DNA from: an uncultured Poribacteria bacterium
GTDB lineage: Bacteria > Poribacteria > WGA-4E > WGA-3G
Length of the DNA stretch: 64,000 bases
Assembly: GCA_958296135.2 (NCBI GenBank)
Contig: CATQHZ020000001.1
Location: 3,488,001-3,552,000 of the forward strand
Reading direction: 5' to 3'
Shown here: in pieces, positions 1-10,108 of the stretch
How positions within the stretch are numbered: position 1 is the stretch's first letter
Layout of the letters: each line of letters begins with the position of its first letter
Position numbers and translations under genes: made by a program
Notes under the pieces: generated by a model
What the model saw: only the letters and a program-made list of their open reading frames with translations
The model's database searches: none
Told to the model about the DNA's origin: nothing

Positions 1-1347
1 TTTTACCGGTTGCGAGACTTCGCCGCCGCGCATAAAGTCATCGCATCGGTGCTGAGTCTGATTGTCCTCTCCGGGCTCGCATGGGGCACTTATCAACTTG
101 TCACGATGTCATTACAACCAGCATCGACTGCGCGCTTACACGTTACACAGCGCACCGTGCATACCGGCACAGAGGCAATGCATCCATGGATAACATTCCG
201 CGGCAGCGCAGGACGCACAGGGCATACTGATGAACGCCCCGGGCCGACTGGCGGCAACTTCGTGTGGATTTGCACGGCACCCGGTTCAGTGGCAGTCGAT
301 TTTTCTTCATCGCCCGCGGTTGTCGGCAATCGGCTCTATATCGGGGCATCTCAAGGCTCAATTTTCTCAATCGGCGGCGCAACTTATTGCATCGACGCTG
401 ATACCGGTGAAGTGCTCTGGCGACACGATTCCGACATTCCCATTTTCTCTTCGCCTGCCGTCGCAGGCGGCCGCGTCTACATCGGCGAAGGATATCACCA
501 AGATAGCGGGTGTCACCTCAGCTGCCTCGATGCGAAGAACGGGGAACTGATATGGCGTTTTCAGACACAAAGTCACGTGGAGTCAACGCCTTTCATCAGT
601 CAAGGAAAACTCTACTTCACCGCCGGCGCGGATGGCGTGTATTGCATCGATGCACTGGAAGGAAAGAAAATTTGGCATTATCCCGATGTCCACGCCGACA
701 TGTCGCCTGTCGTCCACAGCGGAAAAGCCTACTTCGGGACCGGCTACGGCGATTATCGCGTGTACGCCCTTGATGCACAGACAGGCGAAGAAATCTGGAC
801 GAAACCGATGGCGTACCCGGTGTGGGGAAGCCCAAGTGTCCACGAAAACCTCGTTCTCTTTGGGATGGGAACTGGAAATTTCTCTGAAAGCGCGCCGGTG
901 CCGAAGGGGAAAGTCGTCGCCGTTAACGCCGAGACAGGGGAAACCGCGTGGGAATACGAAGCAAAAGATGCTGTCCACACAGCCATCGCTAGCCGCAACG
1001 GGAAAACGGTTTTCGGCTCACGCGATGGACACGTCTACACACTCTCGGCAACCGACGGAGAACTCCTCTGGAAAACCACCCTTGGAAGTCCTATTGTCTC
1101 CTCGCCAGCTGTCACAATGGATACGGTTTACGTGGGGAGCACCCATGGACGTGTCTACGCGCTTTCCGTTGATACCGGCAAAGTGCAATGGGAATTTGAT
1201 GTCCGGCATTTTGACGGTGCTACGCGCGGCATTCAACTTTATTCATCCCCTGCTATTGCCAACGGGCGGCTCTACATCGGCTCAAGTAGCCGGTATATTT
1301 TTTGTTTGGGAGACACGGCACCCACGCAAATCCCCGCCGACCGGTAG
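1..1347 (+). CDS. PQQ-like beta-propeller repeat protein (BamB-like), membrane-anchored; 5'-truncated by the window edge
   Basis: Repeated 'SSPAV-G-VY-G...Y(C/A)LDA-TG--LW' blades. A hydrophobic helix lies near the N-terminus, and the frame is open from base 1. Confidence 0.85.
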   Translation, partial: FYRLRDFAAAHKVIASVLSLIVLSGLAWGTYQLVTMSLQPASTARLHVTQRTVHTGTEAMHPWITFRGSAGRTGHTDERPGPTGGNFVWICTAPGSVAVDFSSSPAVVGNRLYIGASQGSIFSIGGATYCIDADTGEVLWRHDSDIPIFSSPAVAGGRVYIGEGYHQDSGCHLSCLDAKNGELIWRFQTQSHVESTPFISQGKLYFTAGADGVYCIDALEGKKIWHYPDVHADMSPVVHSGKAYFGTGYGDYRVYALDAQTGEEIWTKPMAYPVWGSPSVHENLVLFGMGTGNFSESAPVPKGKVVAVNAETGETAWEYEAKDAVHTAIASRNGKTVFGSRDGHVYTLSATDGELLWKTTLGSPIVSSPAVTMDTVYVGSTHGRVYALSVDTGKVQWEFDVRHFDGATRGIQLYSSPAIANGRLYIGSSSRYIFCLGDTAPTQIPADR

Positions 1348-1397
1348 AGAGCCTAGGTAACAGGCAGGCTATTATCCAAAACCCAGCCGCTCAGTCC

Positions 1398-1590
1398 CGT
1401 AGGGCGAGGGAAAACCCGGCGACGCGAATCGCCGAGGGTGTCCCTCGCCATCGTGAAACATCGCGGGGGACAGTGGACATCTCTGCAGCGAGGCGGCAGA
1501 GAGGACAACGTTAAAGGTGGCGTGTTTACGCGGGGCGACACACGCACGTTTGCTGTAGGCGTGACCGTAACGGCCCCCGCGCTACGGCAG
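1398..1590. repeat. Inverted pair of GTAG-type REP elements, both with extra sequence in the loop
   Basis: GTAG-GGCGAGGG...CCCTCGCC followed by CGCGGGGGACA...GGCCCCCGCG-CTAC. Confidence 0.8.
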
Positions 1591-1704
1591 GCGCACGCTG
1601 GCGGCGAGGCCGTCACGGTCATGCCTACAGAAAACTACCTTATCCCACCCCGTTCTAAGCGGGTTATCTGAACTCAAACAGGCCAAAATCAAAGGAGCAT
1701 CAAA

Positions 1705-2532
1705 ATGAAAAACTTAATTTTTCTCATGGCACTCGTCATGATTACCGCCGCCTCTGTCAATGCGCAGTGGCGGAGCAAAACGCACGATGTCTACAACGCG
1801 CTCACAGGCGTAGAAGTCGAAATTGACGGCGACCTGGGCGAATGGGACGGCATCATGGAATCCGTCACCGGCACCGATGGAACCCCATTCTGTGGTGTGG
1901 AATATCAAGGCAATGTCTTCCAAGAACACGACGGCGGCAAGTGGAAAGGTGCCGATGACCACGAGACGTGTTTCATGATAGTCTGGGATGAAAAGGCAGT
2001 TTATCTCGGCCTCATCGTTACCGATGACGAGCATGAACACGCAGCGGATGACGCATGGAACGGCGATGGCGCGCAACTCGCTTTTGAAATGAGTGGCAAC
2101 CGGAAGCCCGGACTGCCCATGTGGCTCTACAACATCGGCTTAGACGATAAAGCCGAGAACATCCTCCCGGGCGCGTTGAACGAAAACCCCGGCGGCGCAG
2201 GTATCGTCCCAGACGATGACATCGTCATCATCCGAGACGAAGCGGAGAAGAAAACCTACTACGAACTTCGGTTCACCGCAGAGGAATTGCAGGTGAAAGG
2301 CAAAAAGTTCAGCGCAGGGTTTGAATTCGGACTCGGCATCTGCGTCAACGATGGCGACAAAGGTGCCGGACAAGACGGCCAGAAGGGATGGAGCGGGTGG
2401 TATACGCACGCCATCGTCTTCGGGAAAAACTCCGAACATACGGGGCTCGTCAAACTCACCGCTGAGAAAGCCGCCGTTGAACTGAGGGACAAACTAACGA
2501 CGACGTGGGCATTGCTAAAATCCGCGCGATAA
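1705..2532 (+). CDS. Secreted CBM9/DOMON-like sugar-binding domain protein with C-terminal KLTTTW tail
   Basis: RBS AAGGAG and a signal peptide. Motifs 'IDGDLGEW', 'WDEKAVYLGLIVTDD', 'WNGDGAQL' and 'GICVNDGD'. Ends AVELRDKLTTTWALLKSAR. Confidence 0.75.
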   Translation: MKNLIFLMALVMITAASVNAQWRSKTHDVYNALTGVEVEIDGDLGEWDGIMESVTGTDGTPFCGVEYQGNVFQEHDGGKWKGADDHETCFMIVWDEKAVYLGLIVTDDEHEHAADDAWNGDGAQLAFEMSGNRKPGLPMWLYNIGLDDKAENILPGALNENPGGAGIVPDDDIVIIRDEAEKKTYYELRFTAEELQVKGKKFSAGFEFGLGICVNDGDKGAGQDGQKGWSGWYTHAIVFGKNSEHTGLVKLTAEKAAVELRDKLTTTWALLKSAR

Positions 2533-2540
2533 AGGAAACC

Positions 2541-2576
2541 CTCTTTAGGTCCTAGCGGACCTAAAGAGACGTTTTT
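2541..2576 (+). terminator. Intrinsic terminator-like hairpin
   Basis: Perfect 12-bp stem CTCTTTAGGTCC-tagc-GGACCTAAAGAG with a T-run, between convergent genes. Confidence 0.65.
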
Positions 2577-2630
2577 CAAGCAAGGCATGGCTGCCATGTG
2601 GCCGCGCCAAAATGCCCCGCCGACTGAAAC

Positions 2631-3662
2631 CTAATGCGCATGATGCGCCGCCTTGTGGTAATGCAACCGCAGCAAATCCACCCCAAAATCATCGGCGATG
2701 TGCCGCCAAACCGAGTGGATATGGTTCGCATCGTTCTGCGTGTTATCGTATTCCACAAAGAAAAACGGGCCGTGGAGACGGTAATAGTGCGGCATCCCGC
2801 GCGCCTCGCCGCCTGCCCACGCAAAATGAATATCGTTGACGCTGCCCTCGCGCAGCTTGCGATGCTCAATCGCCGCTACCTCGTCAGGGAGCCGGTCGAT
2901 GTATTCATGCACCAACTTCATCAAAACCTCGCGCTGATGCGTCTCCATGGAGTCAGCGGGCAGTCCCTCCACCGCGTCAAACGCAACTTTCGGCACATCG
3001 CGCGTCAAAATATCGGACGGTGCATCCGCATCGATGATGCTCCGCTCCTTCTGCTCAGTACTGAGCGTGCCGAGAAGTTCCCGCGCGATATCTTCTTCCG
3101 CCGCAAGCACCCGCAATCCCTTCTTGTCGCCGGACGGTACCTCCGCCGGGTTAGAACCGAAGAAGAACGGGTTCGGCGAAATCAACTCGCGATTGACGAC
3201 AGTGAAATTGAGAGAAACGTGATGCCCCTCGGCGCGCCAACCCCAAGCACCATTGCCGCCCGGGTCACCGAACACCGTAAAAAAGTAGGATGCCGGATCG
3301 CGAGCAAGTCTCGCCTGCCCAGCCGCTCGCTCAATCTCCCCAAGCGTCGTCTCCAAATTGATAATCGCGCGTGCTTTCTTATACCCACCCGCGCTGAGCC
3401 CGCTCTCCAGCAGCGCAAAGGCGGCTCCCTGCTGTGTCGCGTTCAATTCCTTGAGCGAGACACCCTTCCGTTCCCACATCTCAACCGGAATATAGTGCCA
3501 CCGGAACCGTTCGTTCCCATCAAACGAAAGAGCCGCCTGTTCGCGGAGAGGCGGTGTCAGCGTATCCAAAAAATGCATCGCCGCTTGTGCCATCTGCGCG
3601 GCGGTTTCCGATGCCGGAATCACCAGCGGTGCGGGCATCGCATGCGTATGTGTCTGTGCCAT
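2631..3662 (-). CDS. DUF3500 family protein
   Basis: Motifs 'WGWRAEGHHVSLNFT', 'PFFFGSNP', 'FAWAG...HYYRLHGP' and 'EYDNTQNDANHIHSVWR'. Confidence 0.85.
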   Translation of the reverse strand: MAQTHTHAMPAPLVIPASETAAQMAQAAMHFLDTLTPPLREQAALSFDGNERFRWHYIPVEMWERKGVSLKELNATQQGAAFALLESGLSAGGYKKARAIINLETTLGEIERAAGQARLARDPASYFFTVFGDPGGNGAWGWRAEGHHVSLNFTVVNRELISPNPFFFGSNPAEVPSGDKKGLRVLAAEEDIARELLGTLSTEQKERSIIDADAPSDILTRDVPKVAFDAVEGLPADSMETHQREVLMKLVHEYIDRLPDEVAAIEHRKLREGSVNDIHFAWAGGEARGMPHYYRLHGPFFFVEYDNTQNDANHIHSVWRHIADDFGVDLLRLHYHKAAHHAH

Positions 3663-3764
3663 GATGAAAGATCTCCTTTAATAGTATTTTTTATTGTAAA
3701 CGAAAGCCGTTTGCAAATCAAGAAAATTTCTGTCTGAATCAGGATGTAGAGCCAGAATGGCGAA

Positions 3765-4705
3765 AGCGGGCCCTTTTCACCGTAGCCCGGTGGGCCCTTT
3801 TCACCGTAGCGCGAGGGCCTGTCGGCCGCGAGCGGTTCCTAGCACCGTCGCGCGAGGGCCTGTCCCTCGCGATCGCTCGACCGACAAGAAAGGCACCTTT
3901 TCACCGTCGCGCGAGGGCTTGTGCCTCGCGATCCCTCGACCGTGAAGGGGGGGGGCGGTTTTTTCCTTGCGCGGGGCTTCGCGAGGGACAGTGGACATCT
4001 CTGCAGCGAGGCGGCAGAGATGACAACGTTTCGGCGTAACGGCCCTCGCGCTACGGTTCAAAGGGGCCGTCGGTGAAAAGGGCCCCTTAGTCCGTAGGGC
4101 GCGGTCCTGTGCCGCGCCATGCATCGGTCTATCAAAAGAGATCGCGAGGCACAAGACCTCGCGCTACGGTGAAAGGGGCCGTTTTGTGTGGTCGAGAGAT
4201 CGCGAGGGACAGGCCCTCGCGCTACGGTAGAAGGGGCCCCTCAGTCCGTAGGGCGAGGTCCTGTGCCGCGCCATGCTTCGGTCTATCAAAAGAGATCGCG
4301 AGGGACAGGCCCTCGCGCTACGGTAGAAGGGGCCCCTGAGTCCGTAGGGCGAGGGCCTGTGCCGCGCCATGCATCGGTCAATCAAGGGGCTTCGCGAGGC
4401 ACAGGTTGTCCAGCGCGCGATGGTGAAAAAGCCCCTTAGTCCGTAGGGCGCGGTCCTGTGCCGCGCCATGCATCGGTCAATCAAGGGGCTTCGCGAGGGA
4501 CAGGCCCTCGCGCGACGGTGAAAGGGGCCGGTTTGTGTGGGTCGAGAGATCGCGAGGGACAGGCCCTCGCGCTACGGTTCAAAGGGGCCGTCGGTGAAAA
4601 GGGCCCCTTAGTCCGTAGGGCGCGGTCCTGTGCCGCGCCATGCCGCGGTCTATCAAGGGGCTTCGCGAGGCACAAGACCTCGCGCTACGATGAAAGGGGC
4701 CCAAC
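3765..4705. repeat. Large REP/BIME-like array (more than 12 GTAG REP units in alternating orientation)
   Basis: CGTAGGGCG(A/C)GGTCCTGTGCCGCGCC and CGCGAGGGACAGGCCCTCGCGCTACG recur with conserved linkers (ATCAAAAGAGAT, AAAGGGGCC). Confidence 0.9.
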
Positions 4706-4724
4706 GGGAAAACAGATTTTTAAT

Positions 4725-4753
4725 TGGACAAAAACGCGAAAATAGGGTACTAT
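4725..4753 (+). promoter_or_regulatory. Putative sigma70 promoter
   Basis: TGGACA-17 nt-TACTAT upstream of RBS AAGGAG and the ATG at 4812. Confidence 0.5.
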
Positions 4754-4811
4754 ATAGATAATGTTTTATGTCGCTCTCATTTTCACTCCGAAACAATAAG
4801 GAGAAAAACTC

Positions 4812-7800
4812 ATGAAATATCTATCAACTCTCACCCTAGCGGCACCCATTGGCCGCTTGAAGACTGCTGTCACCGCGTTGCTGCCAAAGCTGTGCGCGTT
4901 TGCGCGTTGCGGTGCTGATGCCACCCGATTTACCCCCCCCCTTGCTCTACGTCCGTTAACCTATGAGCCGCACGGCGGCACGGACACGCCACGCTTACCG
5001 CGAAACCGACACGTTTCCACGGGGAGCCTGCTGCTTTGGTTCGCACTGCTCACATTGTTTGCACTCCCGATGGAGACAGCGGCGCAATCCTGGTCCTTCA
5101 AAATCAATTGGATCCGGGTCTATAAAAATCCGAAGACTACGCCTTACGCCACGCTGCTAGCAGAAAAGAAGGTGCTCGGTAGATCGCGGTTGGGAAAGCT
5201 TATGAGTGGCACCAGAGTCAATTCTTTCCCGTTCCCTCATGTTATCAATCCGGGTGACGGTTTTGCAGGAAAGAACGCGCCGCTTCTTCCTTCTTTGCAT
5301 CGGGTGAGTGTGCCTAGTAATGCGGATGTGCTTAGCGATAATGTGCAGGACCCGGATGCCCTTTTCTGGGTGGATTTCGATCCGTATGAGGGCTCCCTAT
5401 TTGATACCGGTGCCAACAGTGGGCTTGTCACCGCCACGGAAAACACCGTGGTGCGCCCTGGGGATCTAGTCGCGATTGCGGTGAACATCGAGACATCGGA
5501 TGGGGGTGGTAGCGTCTTCGCAGACATGGTACTCATGAAGGGCAAGCCGGAAGCGATGCGCCTCAACCCCAACTATATGCTGGATCACTATCTGCAGCGG
5601 GTTGGTGTGGATGCTGAAACTCTGGCGGATTTCACTGCACCTAATCGCCAGAATCCTGTACTCAGCGGCCATACCCACCCTGAGGTCTATAATGCCTACC
5701 TCTGGGGCCTCAGCATCTCCGGAAACCTTCGGGATACTCGCCAGCATACGCTCGTCTACCAGTTTCGGGTGGAAGCGAAGCATGTCGCGCTGAATGCAGA
5801 AGGTGCTTGGATGAAAGGCGGACCCGAGAACGTGAATCCGTTTAATGTCCCCTGGACTGGTAATGATACTTTTGGAGTGTTCACCTCCGCCGCGCTATTC
5901 AACAGCCGCTGCAACACCCAAGCCCCGGATATTGAGGATGAACCCATCAATGATCCTTGCCGGCCCACGTTTGACACCACCGATGCCGGGAAGGGGGGCC
6001 CTGTCTATTATCCGCGGATAGGTGACTACGAGGCGATAACGGAGATACTTGATGTCCCCACGGAGACCCAGACGGGGCCGTTTACCGTGACGCTGCGCTT
6101 CTATGAGGACTACGGTGACTACGGGCGCGTGTATGTGCGCCATGAGAGGAGTGATGCCTTTTTGGCGGCGTTTCAAACCAAACTGGCAGCCGGCGTGCAG
6201 CAAGGCACGGTGACTGATATTGAGCGACTGAGCGGGCAGTTCTCCGCTGATGGCGAGCTGCAGGAGTATACCCGCTACAAAGTCACCCTGACGCCGGGCT
6301 TAGCGCGCCGCGAGATGACAATAGAGGTGCCTGCTGACACGGTGTTTGACACTGGCGGCCGGGGCAATCAGGCCTCACGCCGCGTCACGGTGCCGGTAGA
6401 TACGGTGTTGCCGGCGTTGGTAGTGGTCCAGCCGCGGATAGCACCGGCGGCGGGCGTGTCTAGCCGCGTGGTCCAGCCGCGGATAGTTGCACCGGCGGCG
6501 GCGGGCGTGTATACCCGCGGGGACAAGATCACCGTTGAGGTGCCGTTTGCGACGGATGGGCTGACGTATGAAGGCGAGCATCCGCCGTATGTGAGGTTAT
6601 ATCTGGGCGAGCGGGTGCCGGCGAATGCGCGGGATGCCGTATGGCAGCGAGGCGAAGAGCGCTCGGGTTCCACGATTGTGCCGTTCGTGTATGTGGTGCA
6701 AGAGACAGATCCCTTTGCGTCTTCGGTGCATGCTGATGTGAGTCGGTTAGCGATTCCTCTAGGAACGCTGTTAGTTGTTCGTGATGCGGGTCGCGCGCGG
6801 CGGGGCGAAGACCGGCTGCCGGTAGGTGCGGGTGTTGTTGCGCCGCCGCTGTCCGATGCTGCAGGGGATGCTGCGTTTTTACTGACAGATGCGTTGGGTG
6901 GTGCGCCGCTGTCTGTGACGGCTGAGTATCCGGTTTGGCCGGTTTTTCCACCTGTCGTGGAGGAGACGGCACCGAAGTCAGCTGCGTCGGATGTGCCTCG
7001 CAGTCCGCTGGTTTTCAACGAGTTCGGCAATGGCAGTGGTGCTGCAAATGACTGGTTGGAGCTGCGGAATGTCACGGGTTCGGCGGTATCCCTAAAAGAC
7101 TATGAGCTCTCAATTGTGACCGATGGGCAAAAGGCAGACACGTCGCTCCTCGTTTTCGCGGATGTGAGTGTGCCTGCAAACGGCCTGCTGTTGGTAACAA
7201 ACAGCGCGCCGGAGAAAACGCCGCTGGCAGGCGGTGAGAAGAGAGGGTTGTCGCATGCGTTTTTGGCGGATGCGGGGCTCTCGCTGCCCGATGATGGGAA
7301 GTTCCTGTTGATTCTGCGGAATGCGAAGGAGAAACTCGGCATGAACGAGGCATTTGTCGATGTCGCCGGTGGCGGTGGCAGTGACACGGATGCGTTCGTT
7401 CGCGAGCAGACGGGCGACTACGATACGCACGTCTGGCCCCTGCAAGTCCTACAAGCTCCCGGTGGTGATACGGAAGACGCGCTGAGTTCGGGCAAGGTCT
7501 GGTTGCGCGCAAAAGCGGATATCGTTGGGTATCATAAAGATGCATGGGCAGCGGCGGCGTTTACCGGTATCGGCTATGATAGGAAGGTGACGAAGTCTGC
7601 TGCCACCGCAGGCACGCCGGGGTATCCGAATGGTGCCATGAAAACGGCAGCAGCTACGCCGAAGGGCAGTATCACTATCAGCGAAGTGATGTTTGATTCG
7701 GGTGGTGGCACGCTGCCGCAGTGGATAGAACTCTATAATGCCTCGAAAACGGAGGCACTGAATCTGAACCGGTGGCAGCTGGAGTTCCAGAACGTCGATT

Positions 7801-8657
7801 CGGAAGATTTGGTAGGCAGACCTATTGTGGCGTTGACGTTGCAGGAGAAGGTGATTCAGCCGAATCAGACGCTGCTGCTCGTCGCGGGTGCTGCGCGTGC
7901 CTCGTCGGCGGATGTTTTCCCGGCCGATAGGGTTTACAACCTGTTGGCACTGCATCAGAGGAACCTGCGCATCAAAACAGCGCGGGATACGTTCCTGAGC
8001 GCGGAAGGCTTCTACCTGAAGTTGACAGACAGCAACGGTAACCTCGTAGATGAAGTTGGCAACACCGATGGCAATCGTCGGACGAAGGATGCGCCGGCGT
8101 GGGCGTTACCGGTGAGCGTTGAGGCAGGCGTTCGGAGTTCGCTCATCCGCCGTTACAAGGATAACGTGGCGCGAGATGGGAAGGAGAAGGCCAGCTGGGT
8201 CTTGTCTGCGAACGTCCGGCAGGTTGCCACGGGCGAACTCCATTATGGGCATGCTGACGATATCGGCACGCCGGGGTATCGGAAAGGCGGTGCCTTGCCG
8301 GTGGAGTTATCAAGTTTCACCGTGGCGCGCACGGAGGCAGGTGCGGTTGTCGTGACATGGACGACTGAGTCTGAGGTGGATAACGCCGGGTTTAATCTGC
8401 GTCGGAGTGAGCGGCGCGATAGTGGATTTACGCTCTTGAATGCTGCGCTGATTGCGGGTGCCGGCACGACGGGTGAACGGCAAACGTATACGTTTACGGA
8501 TACGTCTGCGAAGCCGGGTGTTGCGTATTACTATCAGATTGAGGAGGTCGCGTTTGATGGCCGGCCGGAGACGTTAGTGACGCGTCGGTTGCGGGGCCCT
8601 GTGTCTGCGGCGCATCGGCAGTTGACGACGTTTGGTGCTGTGAAGCAGCAGAAATAA
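4812..8657 (+). CDS. Large secreted/surface protein with an Ig-like domain, two lamin-tail domains and a C-terminal LPVELSSF beta-sandwich
   Basis: 'LVFNEFG...DWLELRN' and 'ITISEVMFD...QWIELYN...GTPGY' (lamin-tail domains). Also 'LPVELSSF...WTTESEVDNAGFNLRRS...YTFTD'. Confidence 0.8.
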   Translation: MKYLSTLTLAAPIGRLKTAVTALLPKLCAFARCGADATRFTPPLALRPLTYEPHGGTDTPRLPRNRHVSTGSLLLWFALLTLFALPMETAAQSWSFKINWIRVYKNPKTTPYATLLAEKKVLGRSRLGKLMSGTRVNSFPFPHVINPGDGFAGKNAPLLPSLHRVSVPSNADVLSDNVQDPDALFWVDFDPYEGSLFDTGANSGLVTATENTVVRPGDLVAIAVNIETSDGGGSVFADMVLMKGKPEAMRLNPNYMLDHYLQRVGVDAETLADFTAPNRQNPVLSGHTHPEVYNAYLWGLSISGNLRDTRQHTLVYQFRVEAKHVALNAEGAWMKGGPENVNPFNVPWTGNDTFGVFTSAALFNSRCNTQAPDIEDEPINDPCRPTFDTTDAGKGGPVYYPRIGDYEAITEILDVPTETQTGPFTVTLRFYEDYGDYGRVYVRHERSDAFLAAFQTKLAAGVQQGTVTDIERLSGQFSADGELQEYTRYKVTLTPGLARREMTIEVPADTVFDTGGRGNQASRRVTVPVDTVLPALVVVQPRIAPAAGVSSRVVQPRIVAPAAAGVYTRGDKITVEVPFATDGLTYEGEHPPYVRLYLGERVPANARDAVWQRGEERSGSTIVPFVYVVQETDPFASSVHADVSRLAIPLGTLLVVRDAGRARRGEDRLPVGAGVVAPPLSDAAGDAAFLLTDALGGAPLSVTAEYPVWPVFPPVVEETAPKSAASDVPRSPLVFNEFGNGSGAANDWLELRNVTGSAVSLKDYELSIVTDGQKADTSLLVFADVSVPANGLLLVTNSAPEKTPLAGGEKRGLSHAFLADAGLSLPDDGKFLLILRNAKEKLGMNEAFVDVAGGGGSDTDAFVREQTGDYDTHVWPLQVLQAPGGDTEDALSSGKVWLRAKADIVGYHKDAWAAAAFTGIGYDRKVTKSAATAGTPGYPNGAMKTAAATPKGSITISEVMFDSGGGTLPQWIELYNASKTEALNLNRWQLEFQNVDSEDLVGRPIVALTLQEKVIQPNQTLLLVAGAARASSADVFPADRVYNLLALHQRNLRIKTARDTFLSAEGFYLKLTDSNGNLVDEVGNTDGNRRTKDAPAWALPVSVEAGVRSSLIRRYKDNVARDGKEKASWVLSANVRQVATGELHYGHADDIGTPGYRKGGALPVELSSFTVARTEAGAVVVTWTTESEVDNAGFNLRRSERRDSGFTLLNAALIAGAGTTGERQTYTFTDTSAKPGVAYYYQIEEVAFDGRPETLVTRRLRGPVSAAHRQLTTFGAVKQQK

Positions 8658-8659
8658 AC

Positions 8660-9215
8660 GGCGCGCGGGTTCTGTGCCTGAACGATCGCGGCGGACAGGC
8701 CGCCGCGCTACGGTGAAATGCTCCCTCGTCCGTAGGGCGAGGTCCTGTGCCGCGCCGTGCATCGCGCGAACGATCTCTGGCGCGATGGTAAAAAGGGGCC
8801 TTTCTTGTCGCGTGGACGATCGCGGCGGACAGGCCGCCGCGCTACGGTGAAAAGGGGCCGTCGGTGAAAAGGGGCCCTTCGTCCGTAGGGCGAGGGCCTG
8901 TCCCTCGCCGTGCCTCGGTCTGAAGATAAAATCGGTTTTTCTGGGTGTTGGTGTTTTTTTGTTTTGCAGGTGAGATCGCGAGGGGAACCCTCGGCGATTA
9001 GTGATCGCCGGGCCCTCGCGCTACGGTGAAAAGGGGCCTCTTTCGCGCTACGGTGAAAAGGGGCCTCTTTCGCGCTACGGTGAAAGGGGCCTTTCTTGTC
9101 GCGTGGACGATCGCGAGGGACAGGCCCTCGCGCTACGGTGAAAAGGGGCCTCTTTCGCGCTACGGTGAAAAGGGTCTCTCTCGCGATCGCCGGGTTTTCC
9201 CTCGCCCTACGGAAA
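8660..9215. repeat. REP/BIME-like array with tandem ~27-bp half-REP units
   Basis: CGCGCTACGGTGAAAAGGGGCC is repeated several times among full REP palindromes. Confidence 0.85.
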
Positions 9216-9342
9216 AACACGCAAACGCTTCGCAAACGCGCGCCCCCTCTCCCCAAACCCCCTCTAGCCGCTTGACGAACCCTCCTCCTATAATCCTGGA
9301 AGTCCCGCTCCAAATGCAATAAAATCAGCACATATAAATTTC

Positions 9343-9371
9343 TTGACAATTTATCGCAACTCCTGTAAACT
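9343..9371 (+). promoter_or_regulatory. sigma70 promoter of the ECF sigma gene
   Basis: TTGACA-17 nt-TAAACT. Confidence 0.65.
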
Positions 9372-9436
9372 TATTGGAAGTGCATCCGTTAAAAAAAACG
9401 TTGCTTGCATTTTATTTTTGTTACCCACAGGACGTT

Positions 9437-10018
9437 ATGGACTCATTGATTGATGATGAAACGCTCGTCGCTCAGTTTCAAGCAGGGCAACAAGATGCCT
9501 TTGATGAGTTGATGAGACGCTACAAATCCAAAATTTTCGCGTATCTACAGCGTTCCGTTGGGAATTATGAAGACGCGGAAGACCTCACCATCGATGTCTT
9601 TGTCAAGGTGTACCGTGCGCTTGACACATGGCAGCCGAAGGCGAAGTTTTCAACGTGGCTCTACAAAATCGCGGCGAATCTCGCGATCGACCATCATCGT
9701 GCTAAAGCGCGCAACCCTATCCAGCCGTGGGATGATGAAGAGATTCCTGAATCACGGCTCGCCGCAACAGATCTCGCGAGCAATCCGGTCAAATCGTTGG
9801 AAGAAAAAGAGCGCGGCCGCATCATTCGCGAAGCCGTAGACCAGCTATCACCGAAGCAAAAAGCGGTGTTTATGCTCTGCCGATACGAAGGCCTCCCGAT
9901 TAAAGAGGTTTCCGAAACGCTTGGAATTGCAGAAGGCACCGTCAAGATTCATCTCCATCGCGCCGTGAAACGGTTGCAGGACATACTTCGTCCGCTGTGG
10001 GAGAATAGAGACATCTAA
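9437..10018 (+). CDS. ECF (RpoE/SigW-like) RNA polymerase sigma factor
   Basis: Region 2 'DAEDLTIDVFVKVY...FSTWLYKIAANLAIDHHR' and region 4 'LSPKQKAVFML...GTVKIHLHRA'. Confidence 0.92.
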   Translation: MDSLIDDETLVAQFQAGQQDAFDELMRRYKSKIFAYLQRSVGNYEDAEDLTIDVFVKVYRALDTWQPKAKFSTWLYKIAANLAIDHHRAKARNPIQPWDDEEIPESRLAATDLASNPVKSLEEKERGRIIREAVDQLSPKQKAVFMLCRYEGLPIKEVSETLGIAEGTVKIHLHRAVKRLQDILRPLWENRDI

Positions 10019-10108
10019 TTCAAATCCAACGTCTGTAGTTTGGGCTCGGGCGAACTCAAACGGCAGACACGGAGAACTGAATCGCTCCAGGTTTTAGGAG
10101 GATGTTTG

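Noticed and set aside
1473-1571. Group II intron or attC interpretation of the REP-loop insert (GTG...AAC ends)
   Set aside because: It has no domain V, is far too short, and its ends do not fit GUGYG or the RYYYAAC/GTTRRRY pairing.
2634-3737. 367-aa plus-strand ORF
   Set aside because: Antisense shadow of the DUF3500 gene; Arg-rich with no motifs.
3765-4705. CRISPR array, or the many short ORFs called in this repeat region (likewise at 8660-9215 and 17300-17840)
   Set aside because: Units alternate in orientation, the linkers are themselves repeated rather than unique spacers, and no cas genes are present. The ORFs are translations of the repeats.
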